Made by a program: the position numbers and the translations under genes. A stretch of DNA of 64,000 bases, taken from NCBI GenBank assembly GCA_043228905.1, contig JBHGNT010000009.1, forward strand, positions 13,950,001 through 14,014,000, in the 5' to 3' direction. The notes below the pieces were generated by a model, which ran no database searches, was not told where the DNA came from, and was given only the letters and a program-made list of their open reading frames with translations. The stretch is from Azolla caroliniana. Its lineage: Eukaryota > Plantae > Polypodiophyta. Shown here in pieces: positions 39,301 to 52,431 of the stretch. The first letter of the stretch is position 1; every line of letters begins with the position of its first letter.

Positions 39301-40199
39301 TTTCCCGAATGTTGTTCAACTCTTGTAGTGTTAGCGATGAACATCTTTTTGAAGTTCTCCCACGCCTCTTTAGGCGTCTTGGCATCTCGAATGTGGCTAA
39401 ACATGTGGTCGTGGACACATGTTGCCAAGCAATACATGACTCGTCTAGCCACTTGCTCCCATGTTGAGTAGTCGACGTTGTTTGGGTCGGGTCGATTTTC
39501 TTGAGCGTCATGGATATAGCTCCAATACCCTTGCCCGACAAGGTATTGGGTCATCTTGTACTCCCAAGATGAATAATTGCTCCAGTCTAGCTTTTCATTA
39601 GGGAGCGAGCTACCCATTTGTGTGTTCATGTTGATTGTAGTGTCTTCAGTTTTGCTTTTCTTCCTTCGATCACGTACTCGTGCTACGTAGCGGCACTACG
39701 GTAGCGAATAACTGGAATTTGTCATCGGCGTTTCGAACACACAATCACGGAGTCAGGTGAGCTTAGTGGATGTGCTAAACCACACGCTCTGATACCATGT
39801 TAAGAATTAGGTAATTAAGCAAGGGTTAATTAGTACCTAATTATATGCTTAAGCAACAGAAGATTAAGTGATATGTGTGTGAGAGGAAGAGAGAGAGGAA
39901 GTTAACACTTATGAACAATGAGACAATATGGGGGATGATTAACTATATTAAAAAGCATCATCATCATCAAATACAAAAATACCTACAATGAGGTACATCA
40001 TGTGTGAGGAGAATATAGGTACAATGGTGTAAGTCGTATATTAAATGTACGGGAGTGAAGGATCTAGAATATCCCAGTTAAGTACAAGGTTCTATTTAAG
40101 GCGTTATAATCAACACGTCTAACTAGATTCTATCTAGGTAACTACGAAGTTACATGGTTGACTAACTAACTAAACTAAGTTGAGCTTGATCTCTCAACA
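36398..40199 (-). mobile_element. Complete Ty1/Copia derivative lacking RT and RNase H; LTRs 36398-36831 and 39798-40199
   Basis: TSD TTCAC on both sides; iMet PBS ends 39797; PPT 36832-36841; gag 39120-39629, protease, integrase 37390-38297; no YVDD region. Confidence 0.92.
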
Positions 40200-40327
40200 T
40201 TCACATTAAAAGATTTTATTTGAGAGTAGTAACCCCCTTCTTAGGAAGGAGTCATATAAAAGATGAGATATTGATTTGGTCCATAAGTCTAAATTGGCCA
40301 CGGATGTTCTATTCAATTCATTCTCGT

Positions 40328-40904
40328 TGTTGTCCCCTTTCGACCGTTCACCAAGGGTCGACTACACACAGGGTGGAATAACTAACTCAGAGTTGTCCGA
40401 TCAAAAGACTATGGTCGGAGATGGAGTCGGTCGACTTTGATGAACACTTGCTTAACCAAAAAATAGAGACTTAATTATATGGTTAGTTAACTTGGATCGA
40501 TTGTATAGATCATAAGACACATGCAATTTAGATTTGCAATTAGCATAGATTATAGAATAGGGATTGGCATAGAATTAACTCTAACTCAAAACAATTCTAT
40601 TCACTAATAGTAATACAAATTGATAGTTATATAGTGCTCTTGGCCCCTTCTTATAGGTGGCCTAAGAGTCTTTTCAAGAATCATACAACTACCTTATTTA
40701 GCAAGAACTATTCGGTTACAACTTAACAAACTATCTTGATATATTTTTATACTTAGCCTAATATAATATTTTGGCTATTACTTGTCCGATTCCACACTTG
40801 TCTGTTACAATTATATTATTTAGCTACGACTCTGACTATGACTCTACTATGACTACCATGACTAGCTTGTCGACCCATGTACTTTGCTAGCCGACCGGCC
40901 AACA
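40328..40904 (-). repeat. 3' LTR of a Gypsy-type element related to 9889-10348
   Basis: TGTTGT...CCGGCCAACA ends; minus-strand TATA-like cctataagaagg near 40645-40657; adjacent TGGCACACTTGTGGGAC motif. Confidence 0.65.
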
Positions 40905-41610
40905 CATGGCACACTTGTGGGACAGTGCCTTGCACGGTCGAACCCCAAAATTAAGAACTAGTCGTCCTCGCCATCATTTCCCTCCTCCTCATTTGCGTGG
41001 TGGTGGTGGTTTGCCGATTTGTTGTTGTCGGGATCTTCAATCATAATGTCCACCAAGGTTGGCTCTTCATCATCGTAATCTTTGTGTTGGTTCGAGTCAT
41101 CTGAATGGTGATGTTGTTCTAGTTGTTGTACTTGTTCCGCATGTGGAGTTGACTCTAAATTTTCCTCATGCTCCATACCCGTGGGTTGGAAGTCTTCCGA
41201 CTCGTGCTCTGCTTCTGGCTCATCGATGTGCACAGTCTTTAAGGTGTCGTCCTTAGCATGTTCGAGATCCAACTCCAGTTCCCGACGTACCTGCTCAGCT
41301 TCCTTTGAGGTATCTGTGATGATGAGGTGTGCCATGGAATGTAATGGTTGGTGTGTGTCGTGTTCATCTTCCACAAGTTCTTCGTGTTGCACTTGTGCTC
41401 GTAGGCGGTCTTTCTCACAAGACTTGAGCTCTAGTGCGAGATATATTTGATGGTCATTGTATTCATTGAGCAATTGGGTAATTTCACCCGTATGTTGGAT
41501 TGTTTGCGTGTAAAAATCATTCAATAGTTATTCTCTTACAACTGTCATACTCTTCTCATCTAGCTTGTAGAAACCATAGCCTACCTTTTTCCAATTCTCG
41601 TGGTTAGCGT

Positions 41611-42749
41611 TGTCGTGAAGATTTTCGGCAATGGTGTGAAAATCACATAAAACATACGAAATCGAGTATGAATCATACTTAACAATAATAATGAAAATAC
41701 TATTTTAAATATGTTTAATATCTTAGTACAAAAAGATGGAGGTCTGCAAGAGCTTTTGAATGCACCTTACTACATAAGAAACGGACATCTAAGTCTCAAG
41801 TTATGTGGGTAGGAAGTTTGCAAAGGAAAAGAGAAAAATAAAATTGTGAAATATCCCACATAGAAAGGAAAAGTTTAGGCGCAACTATATAAGTAGTTTG
41901 AGATCCATCATAATTCATTTATCTGTTAAGAGCACATAAGAAATAGTTGAACTTGAGCCACTTTTGTCTAGATGGACATATGTGGCCAAATCGCCGGATG
42001 TGGCTAAGTGCCCGAACCGGTTGGTGAAGAAACTCAAACCGGTTGACGATAGAACCGAAAACCGGATGGAGTCGGCAATCGGTGACCGGACGCATCCGGC
42101 AACTGGCGGCATCCGACGGCGACCAACATCTAGCGACCGGATAGATATATAAATAAATAAATAAATATATGTATACACATATACACAAGGAGTGCAAGTG
42201 TGGATTTGAACCTTGCACCTCTAAATTAAGAGTCTATAGGCTTACCACTAAGCCAAGACATTTTCTTAAAATAATATTTTTATCATTGTAACTTTACATA
42301 TAAATTCTCATACATAATGAGTGACGTGGTTATCATGCACCACATGTAATACATGAACGCCAAATGGCAAACATGCATTTTATGCATGTCTTGAACCCTC
42401 AAATGCATGAGGGCATCTATAAAAGAGGGGATGAAAAAGATCAAAGGGGGATTTTTGTAATGTAAAATTCTTATCAAGAGCTTTATACTTTATATCAAAA
42501 TTAATATTAAGAAGAAAATTCGTTATCCTTTTGATGATATACCTTGTTCCTCAAATCTAAAGTCAAGAGTTTAATCTTAATCTCTCTCTCAATCTAAAAT
42601 CAAGCGTTCTATCTTATTTCAATCTCTCTCTCGTTCAATCTATCTTAATTCCTTTCTCGCTAAAGCTAGCACCAACTTCGAATCCTTCCGGTCCAGAACC
42701 CCGACGGTTCCGCCTTGCGATCCGCGCCTAGTGACGGATCTTCACGACA
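41611..42749. mobile_element. Solo LTR (1.14 kb) with a 12-bp terminal inverted repeat and a decayed 4-bp TSD
   Basis: TGTCGTGAAGAT...ATCTTCACGACA; flanks GCGT/ACGC fit an original GCGC; removing it restores the interrupted ORF. Confidence 0.8.
42192..42262 (-). other. Degenerate tRNA-like segment (A box, CTT anticodon loop, B box) inside the solo LTR
   Basis: Minus strand reads TGGCTTAGTGG...TAGA-CTCTTAA-TTTA...GGTTCAAATCC; acceptor and T stems pair poorly. Confidence 0.45.
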
Positions 42750-42923
42750 ACGCATAATAATTGCAACTCAGTTGCTTGAGTTGACCATGGCTTCTATCCT
42801 TTTTTGAGAGCCTCCTTGATATTCTGGTGCATCTTCTTTTTGTGCCTGGTCAAAATAGGTTGCACCTTATGGTCCCCCATGCTGTCATTTTAGTCCGTAG
42901 CTCATCCACTCGGGTGTCATGAG

Positions 42924-45289
42924 TGTCATGAAGACCTACATTTTGGCTTATAAGGGTTCAAACTTACAACCCCTTTGTATATATGTCAAACCTTTGAGCA
43001 CTATGATAACATATATGATGCGTAGTTATAATAACTATATTATTAAGTACTAGAAGAAATTTAGCGTATTCTATAACATTCTAGAATATTTCGTGATTAT
43101 CTTAATATTCTAAATATCCAAAATACTCTAGAACATTCTAGAATATTCCTTAAGAACCTATAAATAAGTATTAACTCATTCATCAAAACTCATTTGGTTC
43201 AACACCAATCTTTAGCCCTTAGCCTACTCTTTGTAAACCTTGTTTTCTTATAATAGAAACTTATTTCCATTTCCTGTCTTATCTCTCTTTCTGTCTGTCT
43301 CTGTCTCTGTCTCTCTCCTATTCACGAGTCACACCAGTTTGAACCGAATTCTTTCTTTTCTTCCTCTTCCAATAACCCAAACAAGTTTTCTTCTTTCTTT
43401 TTCCCTCTTGTCATAAGTTATGGAGTCCGTCAGCAAGCAAGAATATATGCATGTCCTTTCTGAGCTCGACATGCTCACGACTAAGTTTGTGGCATTAGAG
43501 CAAGAAAATCAAAGGTTATTCGGGGACCTACAACATGTGAGTACCGAGAAAGCTCACCAATATGAGGGGTTATCACAATGGGTTCATCAACTCGAGGCTA
43601 CTATATTAACATTATGAGAACAAGCGGCGGGGGTTCAAACTCCCCAAGGGAACCAAATATTAGCCTCCTTGCGCCAAGTTTGATGGTACAAGATCTCCGT
43701 TTTGAGGTTTCCTAAATCAAGTCCGTTTGGTGATTTAGTTACATCCCAATCGGTACCCAACTAATGATGCTCGTGTGGGATTAGTGGGAACCTTGCTAAG
43801 TGGTACAACATTAGCATGGTTTCACCACTTTTGAGAAGAAATCACTGTTGTTGGAGGATTTCAAGGCGTTCATTAAGTAGTTTCAAGCTAGTTTTGGAGA
43901 CATCGATAGCATTAGGATGGCAATAAACAAGATTTGAAGAATCTGACAAGGAGATCGCCCTCCTTCGGCTTATGCAGTAGGGTTTTGTTTCTTAGCATGC
44001 GACATCCCTTGGGATGAGGCAACCTTAATGGATAAATTCCATTAGGGTTTGTCAAAGATCTTCTTCTTACTTTCCATGAAGATCCAAATTCTCTTATAGA
44101 GGCAATTAGTTGAGCTGTGCGATGTGATAATCACCTATTTGAGCGACGTTTTGAACGCTAACAAATGTTACGCTGCCAACCGGAATAGACATATGCTTTA
44201 GTAGTCGCAACACCGCCACAAGTTCCTAGACCCATTATGAGGGATGGCTCCACTCTAATGGAAATAGAGTCAACACAGCGTCGAGGGCCCTTATAAGATG
44301 TTGAGAAACAACAACGTTGAGCGCACCGCCTATGCCTATATTGTGGTGGTTGAGGACATATAACCGTGAATTCTCCACATAAACCCAGACATCAAGTATA
44401 CCAAGTAAGTGCACATCATAACCCTACCTCGAGTTCTATTATCACTTCTAATAACTTAAGTAAGCGTAATAGCCATGCCATGAGAATAGATTTGATGCCT
44501 TGAGCCAATTAGAGGATGTGTGAAACGAATAAGTCCGGCCAAAATAGGAGCCATTTGGTTGGACCATCCTAGATATGTAGAGTCAGTACGTAGTCGTGGT
44601 TCCATTTCATCAAATCAAGTTAGTAGATTTTTTTCTGCACAAGTTGGGCTTAGCACATCTACAGGTCATCGAGTCTTAGCTTCTACCCTCCTAGATTTTG
44701 GGGCCAATTCTTGTTTCATGGATTGTGAGTTTGCATTGACACAAAACTTCCTCTTGAATAAACTCCTGAACCTAGTAGCTGTAGGAGTCATCCATGACCG
44801 CCTTATAGCCTCATGTGAAGAGCCTGAACCAATTCGTGTAGTTCTAGGTAATTTGGCTAGTGTCATCTCATTCAACATCATTAGTAGTCTAGAGCACTCC
44901 CTAGTTCTTGGTCTTCCTTGGTTTGAGCTACATAACCCAACTATTGATTGGAGGAAAAGAACTATTGAAAAGGTCATGGTACAACCCAAGTCTCTTAAAA
45001 CTCCAACAAAGGATCTGGGATCCCACACGATTGCAACAATCTCTATACATCAGTTACGTGAGGATGGAAGGAAGGAATACATGTTTGTGTTTGTGGTTTT
45101 AGCAACTCCCTCATCTAGCTCACAAGAATTCTTTGATGTGTTCGAGAAGGTGAAGGCTAATTGACTACCACAACATCGACCTATGATTGCCTGATTGATT
45201 TGCAACCAGAAAAAGAGCCTCCATGGGGGTCAATTTATAACCTTTCGCCCACGGGGTTAGAGGTTCTTCGAGAATATAGCAATGATAAC
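42924..45289 (+). mobile_element. Tf1/Sushi/Tcn1-like Gypsy 5' half: LTR ~42924-43333, degenerate gag, CCHC, protease; cut at the start of RT
   Basis: FDGTR gag motif, LLDFGANSCFMD protease, LVLGLPWFELHNPTIDW; no tRNA-type PBS. Confidence 0.85.
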
Positions 45290-46065
45290 TATCACGGATG
45301 GGTAGACCAGGACAAGGATAAGTAGGTGAGTTGTAAAGAGTCGATGGTGATTCTTGTGTAGCGGAATAGATGTGCGTTATGTGCGTATATGTGCGAGAAA
45401 AAAAGAGAGGAGAGAAAAGAGAACTCAAGATAGATAAATGAGGGGAAAATAGAATACTCAAGAAGAAGGTGTATATTTCACAAGTAGAATAAGAATTACA
45501 AAATGTAGCATAACAAGGAGTCACAACCGATTTAGTATGAAGTGTGAGGAGGGTGCTTTATATATAGTCAACCTCTCTCTTCATTAACTAACCACAACAA
45601 CCACTCTCTCTCTTGGGGAATGTGAAAACTCAGTCATGGGGAATATGTAACTCATTAGTTATGTGTCATAGAATATGATTCTATGACTCATAGTTAATGT
45701 GTAGAGAGTAGTGGTGTGACTCTTGACCTTTGAGTAATCATAGATTCTCAAAAGGTGTGTTCACACATGTTATGTTGAGCTTGATTCTCAACACGCCCCC
45801 TCAAGCTCAACTCGGGTTGGTTCCTTTCGATTGATGTCCGCTTCGGTTGGTATCCGGTTCGGACGATCTCCGGTGTCCGCTTCGGCTCGTACCTGGTTCG
45901 GACGGTATCCGGTTCTCGCCTGTACTCCCCCTCAAGCTTGGTAAGTCAAGGATCGTCAATCCAAGTTCTGACATGAATTGCTGAAGCTTGTCGACTCTAA
46001 GGGCTTTCATGAAGATGTCGACCGTTTGAAGATTCGTGTTGATGTGTAGAAGATCGACATCTCGT
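45290..46065 (-). mobile_element. Copia 3' end: LTR ~45290-45793, PPT and RNase H C-terminus
   Basis: LTR end ttgagcttgattctcaaca resembles 18399; cgccccctcaag PPT; HINTNLQTVDIFMKAL. Confidence 0.75.
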
Positions 46066-49000
46066 CAATGGTGAGGAAGAGTACTAGCTTTTACCTTATA
46101 AAAAATGTGGGCATAATGATGATACTTCTTTGGAAGTTGATTTGTTGACTCCTCCTCAAAAGTGTTGGAAGGTTTCACTGATACTGCGAATACAACCATT
46201 GATTCCTTGCGTCCTTCCTCATGCAATTGATGGAGCAAAATGGTTGAAATCTTATGAGTAGATCCTCGAGGTTGTCAATATCTAATTTCTCTTGTTCTCC
46301 AATCTATGTCCAGATTGTGTAATTCAAACCATGGTAACCCCAAAACAATTCGATGCTCTGGACAACAAATTATATTAAATGATACTACACACGCCAAATT
46401 ATTTAGGACAACATTAATCGGCTCTAACTCTTCTACGATATTTCCGAAAATAATGGGGCAACCATCAATGACTACTACAGCAACTGGACAATGTAGTTTT
46501 CTTAGGGATATCTGATGAGCTTGGGCAAAATTCTTATCCATGAAGCAAGAATTGGCTTTGGAATCAAAGAGTGCTAAAACATGTACTAGAGGGTTACTTT
46601 TAATACTAATTGTTACTTGAGCTAGGAAGACATTGCTATCTTCCTTAGAGGGAATGGAACCTCTAATGGGCTGCACAGATCTAGGGTTATACAACCAAAC
46701 GACTCCTATTTTGGCTAGACTTAGTCGTTTAACTCTTCTCCTAGTTGACTAAGGACTTCATATTTGTTTGATTGGCTTGAGCTATTAGGACTATCAGACA
46801 CTCCTAATGAAATAGACTCGGGTTTAGTACTAGCGACTATTTGATTTACCTATCTTCTTGGCCTATGCGGACAGTTCACTGCAATATGCCCCAGTCCACT
46901 GCAATAAAGACATAGTCGATTTGCTCACCATTGTTGCTTTTCCTCTTTCGATAATGATCCAAGAAGACATGGGGTGTTGATTTGCATCGATGTTGGAATA
47001 TTTGCTGGAGACACATTATATCACTCCCTTGCAAATGGTTTTGCAATGACTGAGGCGTACGTTGAAGGCAGCACGAGGATTAGGGTTTAGGTCAAAAAAC
47101 AGAGAGGGAGAGAGTCTGAGTGAGAGAGAGAGATGCACGATGTCTTGGGTACAAAAGAGTGTACCTCTTTTTTGGTTTTTAGATATTATGTATATACAAC
47201 TCAAAAGTGTGCTACGAGTGCGTTCACACTCGTGCACTAATAAAAGGCACGATGGCCCTTTATTCCCAACAACCTCCCACCTAAAGACAATGTGCTGTGA
47301 GAAGAAAAAAACAAAAAAAAAGTCAGCTAAGTCCAAGTATGTACAAAGCTGAACTACATACATACATCTATCCAACTCCCATCATCTGTCGGCAATGAGC
47401 AAATCCCTCAGCTGGAAGACCCTTCGTGAGAAGATATGCAGGGTTATTATTTATATGTACTTGGAAAAGCTCAATGTTCTTGTTATAAAGTACATCTCTG
47501 ATGAAGTGATACTTCACCTCTATGTGCTTCGTCTTTGCATGAAAGACGGGATTTCGAGCTAGCATGATAACACTTTGGCTGTCACAATGAAGAATAGGTA
47601 ACTCTGTAATGCCAAGATCTCTCACTAGATATGAAAGCCATAAAGCCTCTTTGCATGCCTCAGTGGCAACAACATACTTTGCCTCTGTAGTAGACAATGC
47701 AACACACTTCTGTAGTCCTTCATATCAAAGCTGCCATGAAGGCTTTGCTTCAATGAATTCAAGGCATGAACATCCTTGCCAGCAATCAACATATCATCAA
47801 CATACAAAACCAAGATAATCAGGCTACCATCTCCTGCCTTCTTGGTGTACAAGCAATGGTCCACTTGACTTCTATGAAAACCTTGAGATTGCATAAATGC
47901 ATCACATTTATGATACCATTCTCTTGGTTCTTGTTTCAACCCATACAAACTCTTTTTAAGCTTACAAACCATCTTCTCTTTGCCTTTAGTGACAAAAACT
48001 TCAGGCTGCTGCATATATATGTCTTCATGCAGATCGCCATGTAAAAAGGCGATCTTCACATCCATTTATATGAGCTTCATATCTTCAGCTGCAACTAAGC
48101 CCAAAATGATTCTTAATGTAGTCATCTTGACTACAGGCGAGAAGATCTCATCAAAATCAACTCCATATTCCTGCTTGTATCTGTTTGCAACCAATCTTGC
48201 TTTGTACTTTGGCGAGGAATCAGAAATGACCTTCATTTTATAAACCCATTTGCATGGAAGTGTTTTCTACCCTTTAGGCAATTGCACCAAATACCAAGTA
48301 TCATTTTTCTCAAGAGATTCCATCTCTGACAACATGGCTTTATACCATTTCTTATTGTCCTATCTGTCCATTCCTTCCTTGAAGCAAGTCGGTTCACCAC
48401 AATCAGTTACCATGACATAATCAGCCACATTGTTTGCATCAGGAACAAATCTGTCAGGCTGTCTAGTAACGTTAGACGATCTCCTAACCCAATGCTTATT
48501 GTTTGGTAGCTGTTGAGCCTGCAAATCATCATTTCCAATTTGCAGTCCAGGCATTACAGCCTGCAAATCAGCATTCACAGCTTGCTGTTCTAGCTGTTCC
48601 TGCACATTTGGTGGCTCATCATTATTGCCAAAGACTGGCTGATCATTTCCAACCTCATTTTCTGCATTTGCAGGTAATTTTACAGCAGGTGTTTGTTGCT
48701 GTATAGCGGGCACATTTTCCTGTCTAAAAGGTATTTCTTCTCGGAATACAACCCTAAGTCCTTCCCCAGTCTTTTTGGGTTGTTTATGCATGCGATTTTC
48801 CCGGAAGAAAACATCATTGCTGCGTACTATTTTTCTTTTCTCGGGATCCCACAATCTATACCCCATTTCACCCTCGTCACCGTATCCTAGGAAAATACAT
48901 CTGCAGGACTTTGGCTCAAGTTTGTTGCGTTGTTCTTTACGAATGTGCACAGAAGCCTCACAACCAAACACTTTCAAGTGAGCATATGAAGGTGGCTTGC

Positions 49001-52000
49001 CCGACCACGCTTCTTGGGGTATTCCCCCTCCCAAAGACCGGTTAGGTGACCGATTAATCAAGTGAACAACTGTCATAACAGCCTCTTCCCAAATAGCATG
49101 GGGTAACGCAGCATGAGACAGCATAGTACGAACCTTATCTTGAATAGTCTGATTCATACTCTCTGCAACTCCATTTTGGGGTGGATTATAAGGGGCAGTG
49201 AGTTCCCTCTTTATCCCTTTGCTGTCACAAAATGCTTGAAAAGCCTTGGACACATATTCCCCACGATTGTCAGAGCGAAGACACTTAGGTGTCTTATCAA
49301 TTTGATTCTCAACTAATGCCAAAAATGTTTGAAATTTTGTTGAGCACTTCATTCTTGCTACGAATAGGGTAAACCTATACCTTCCGTGTAGCATCATCGA
49401 CAAAAGTGACTAAGTATTTCTTTCCCCCTAATGATAGCCCTGGCATCTGACATACATCTGAATGTACTAACTCAAGCGGGGACGACTTCAGCGAAAGACA
49501 CTTTTTTTGAGATGTTTGTACATGTTTACCATAAATGCAATGATCACAATGTTCAAAATCAGCATAACGAAGACACGGCAAGTAACCCAAACGAGGAAGT
49601 ACTTTCATACCAGTTTCACTCATGTGTCCCAACCGGCCATGCCACAAAAAAACACTAGGCTGCTCGTTTATGGCAACAACATGGTCACTCACACTAGATA
49701 CATGGAGAGGATACAAAGTATCACTTTTACTACCCTTGGCAATAACTCTAGATCCCTTACAAATCTTCCATTTCCCATCACCAAAGGTTGTGTGAAATCC
49801 ATCATCATCTAGCTGTCTTGTGCTAATCAAGCTCTTCTTGAGCTGAGGTACATGTCGTACATGCTGAAGTGTTAAAGCAAAACCATGCTGAAACTGTAAT
49901 TGCACAGTGCCAATACCTGCAATTTCACATGCATAGTTGTCCCCAAGATGGACAACACCATGTCGACCCCCTATGTAATCTGAAAACCACTCACGATGAG
50001 GGATGACGTGAAAAGAAGGACCGGAATCGAGTATCCAAGTGTGCATGTCACCATCCGTATCTGCAAGTAAAGCATGTTCTCTATGGCATGATGAAACAAA
50101 GAGTACACGATTTCCACTATTTCTATAATGAGTGACTACATTCACCTCTTCACTTTTAGTATTGCCTTTCCTCGGTTGAGTGTCTCTCTTTTCTTCTATG
50201 AAATCATCTATCTTCTTGCCCTTTCCTTTCTCTTTCTTCCATTTGAAACAATCACGTTTAAAGTGACCCGTTTTGCCACAGTGATGGCATTCTACATCTT
50301 TACCACGTGATTTACTACGGCCATAACTATCAGATTTGCCTCTTTGTTGTGACCTACCCCTCACATGCAACGCACTAGAGGACTTATTGGATGCATTATT
50401 TTGCCGACTCATCTCTTCCATGAGTAGAGAACTCTCTACATCGGCATAAATAAGCATCGCATTTGAATTGCTTATAGCAGTCCTGAAAGTATCCCAACTT
50501 TTTGGCAAGGTGTAAAGTAAAAACGTGGCCTTAAACTCATCATCAATGATGAATTTCAAGGCAATCAACTGGCTGAAAATGGAATTGAACTCACTCAGGT
50601 GAGTTGACATGGGTGTGCCCTCTATCATACGCAAATCCATAAGTTTCTTAAGCCAATAAACTTTGCTAGCTGCTGTCTTTTGGGCATACAGTTCCTCTAG
50701 TCTAATCCATATAGAATAGGCGGAGTCCAAACCTTCGATATTAAAAAGCAAGGCATCAGAAATCGACAACTCAATAGTCGAGCATGCAAGCTCATTCAAC
50801 TCTTGCCAATCATCTTTGGCCATATCTATAGGCTTTACCCCTTTGACTTTTATAGGCTTTGCATGCTTCTTTTGCAATAGGATGTTGTAGCACTGCTTTT
50901 TTTAAATCGCAAAGTTATGTGCACCCTCAAGCTTCTTGATGTGCATAAGGTGGCTACTTTCACTACTGCTAGTCATGATTTTAGCCCAAACGGAGGACCA
51001 AACCTGCACTGCAGAAAACGTGACCTGCTCCGCAGAACCCCTAAACTCTGCTCTGCAGAAACCCTAATCTCTGCTCTGCAGAAAACCCTAATCTCTGCTC
51101 TGTAGAAAACCCTAAACTGTGCTCTACAGAAAACCTTAAACTCTGCATGTAGAAAACCCTAAACCTTGGCTCTGATACCAGTTTGAAGGCAGCACGAGGA
51201 TTAGGGTTTAGGTCAAAAATAGAGAGGGAGAGAGTTTGAGTGAGAGAGAGAGATGCACGTTGTCTTGGGTACAAAAGAGTGTACCTCTTTTTTGGTTTTT
51301 AGATATTATGTATATACAACTCAAAAGTGTGCTACGAGTGCGTTCACACTCGTGCACTAATAAAAGGCACGATGGCCCTTTATTCCCAACATATGTGGGC
51401 TCCGACCTTGTTCTTGGCATTTGTAACTGACATTTTGAATGTCGGTCAAAAAGCCTGTTATCGCAACATAGCGCTGGACTCGTTGCCTCCTGAAGCGACT
51501 TAGGTTCTTTGGGGAAAGTCAAGAGTAAGTCTTTGACATCATTTCGCAAGCCATATCGCGAAACTACTCTATCAATGCTAGGTCATCCCAGGGAATATTG
51601 GTGGTGAGTAGATGGAAATCCGCAGTGTAAGCTGAGGTTGGACGATCACCTTGATGCAATCTTTGGATTTTATTGATTGCCGTCCTAATTCTATCGGTGT
51701 CACCAAAATAGGGTTTAAACTCTCTAATCAATTCCTCAAAATTATTAAACAATGGAAATCCTTTTTCTAACAAAGGAGCGAACCATGCCAAATTTGTGCC
51801 ACTAAGCAACGTGCCTACTAGTCCCACTCGTGATGCATCGGTGGGATATCGAGAAGGATGCATTTGAATCACCAAACGTATCTAATTAAGAAGTCCTCTA
51901 AATTGTGATCGTGTTCCATCGAACTTCATAGGAAGACCGATCTTGACTTCTTTGGGAGTCCCTTGAGTCCTTGGTCCATGTTGTTGCAATGACACAATAG

Positions 52001-52362
52001 TTGCTTCAAGTTGTTGCACGTGTAACGTTAGCTCCCCGTGTTGTTGTTGTTTTTCTAGAGCTATTTGTTGAATATACCCCAACAAACGTTGATTTTCTTA
52101 TTCTAGTGCTACAAACTTTTATTTTAAGCACTACAACCCTGAGGAAACGGATTGATATTCTTGAGCGCTAACAGTTGCCATTTAGTATTAGAGCAAGGAA
52201 GAATAAGAGGATTAGTATGAAGGGAAAGAGGGATAAGAAGATGAGAAATTCGGTTCAAACCGTCAGGGATAGTACTAGAGGTAGGGACAATTAGTACTAA
52301 AGATAGAGAGGAAGAATGAGGATTAGTACTAAGAAGGGGAGAAGTGTGTGATAGTCACGAGA

Positions 52363-52431
<69 letters not shown>

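Larger units (their letters stand above)
40958..42914 (-). pseudogene. C-terminal part of a retroelement extra ORF, split by the solo LTR 41611-42749
   Basis: Rejoined frame PWSTQATELQLLC/ANHENWKKVGYGFYKL...LLNDF...SCEKDRLR plus an acidic, His-rich tail; homologous to 4080-4335. Confidence 0.75.

Noticed and set aside
42192-42262. Functional tRNA-Lys gene
   Set aside because: Acceptor and T stems do not pair properly; kept only as a tRNA-like remnant.
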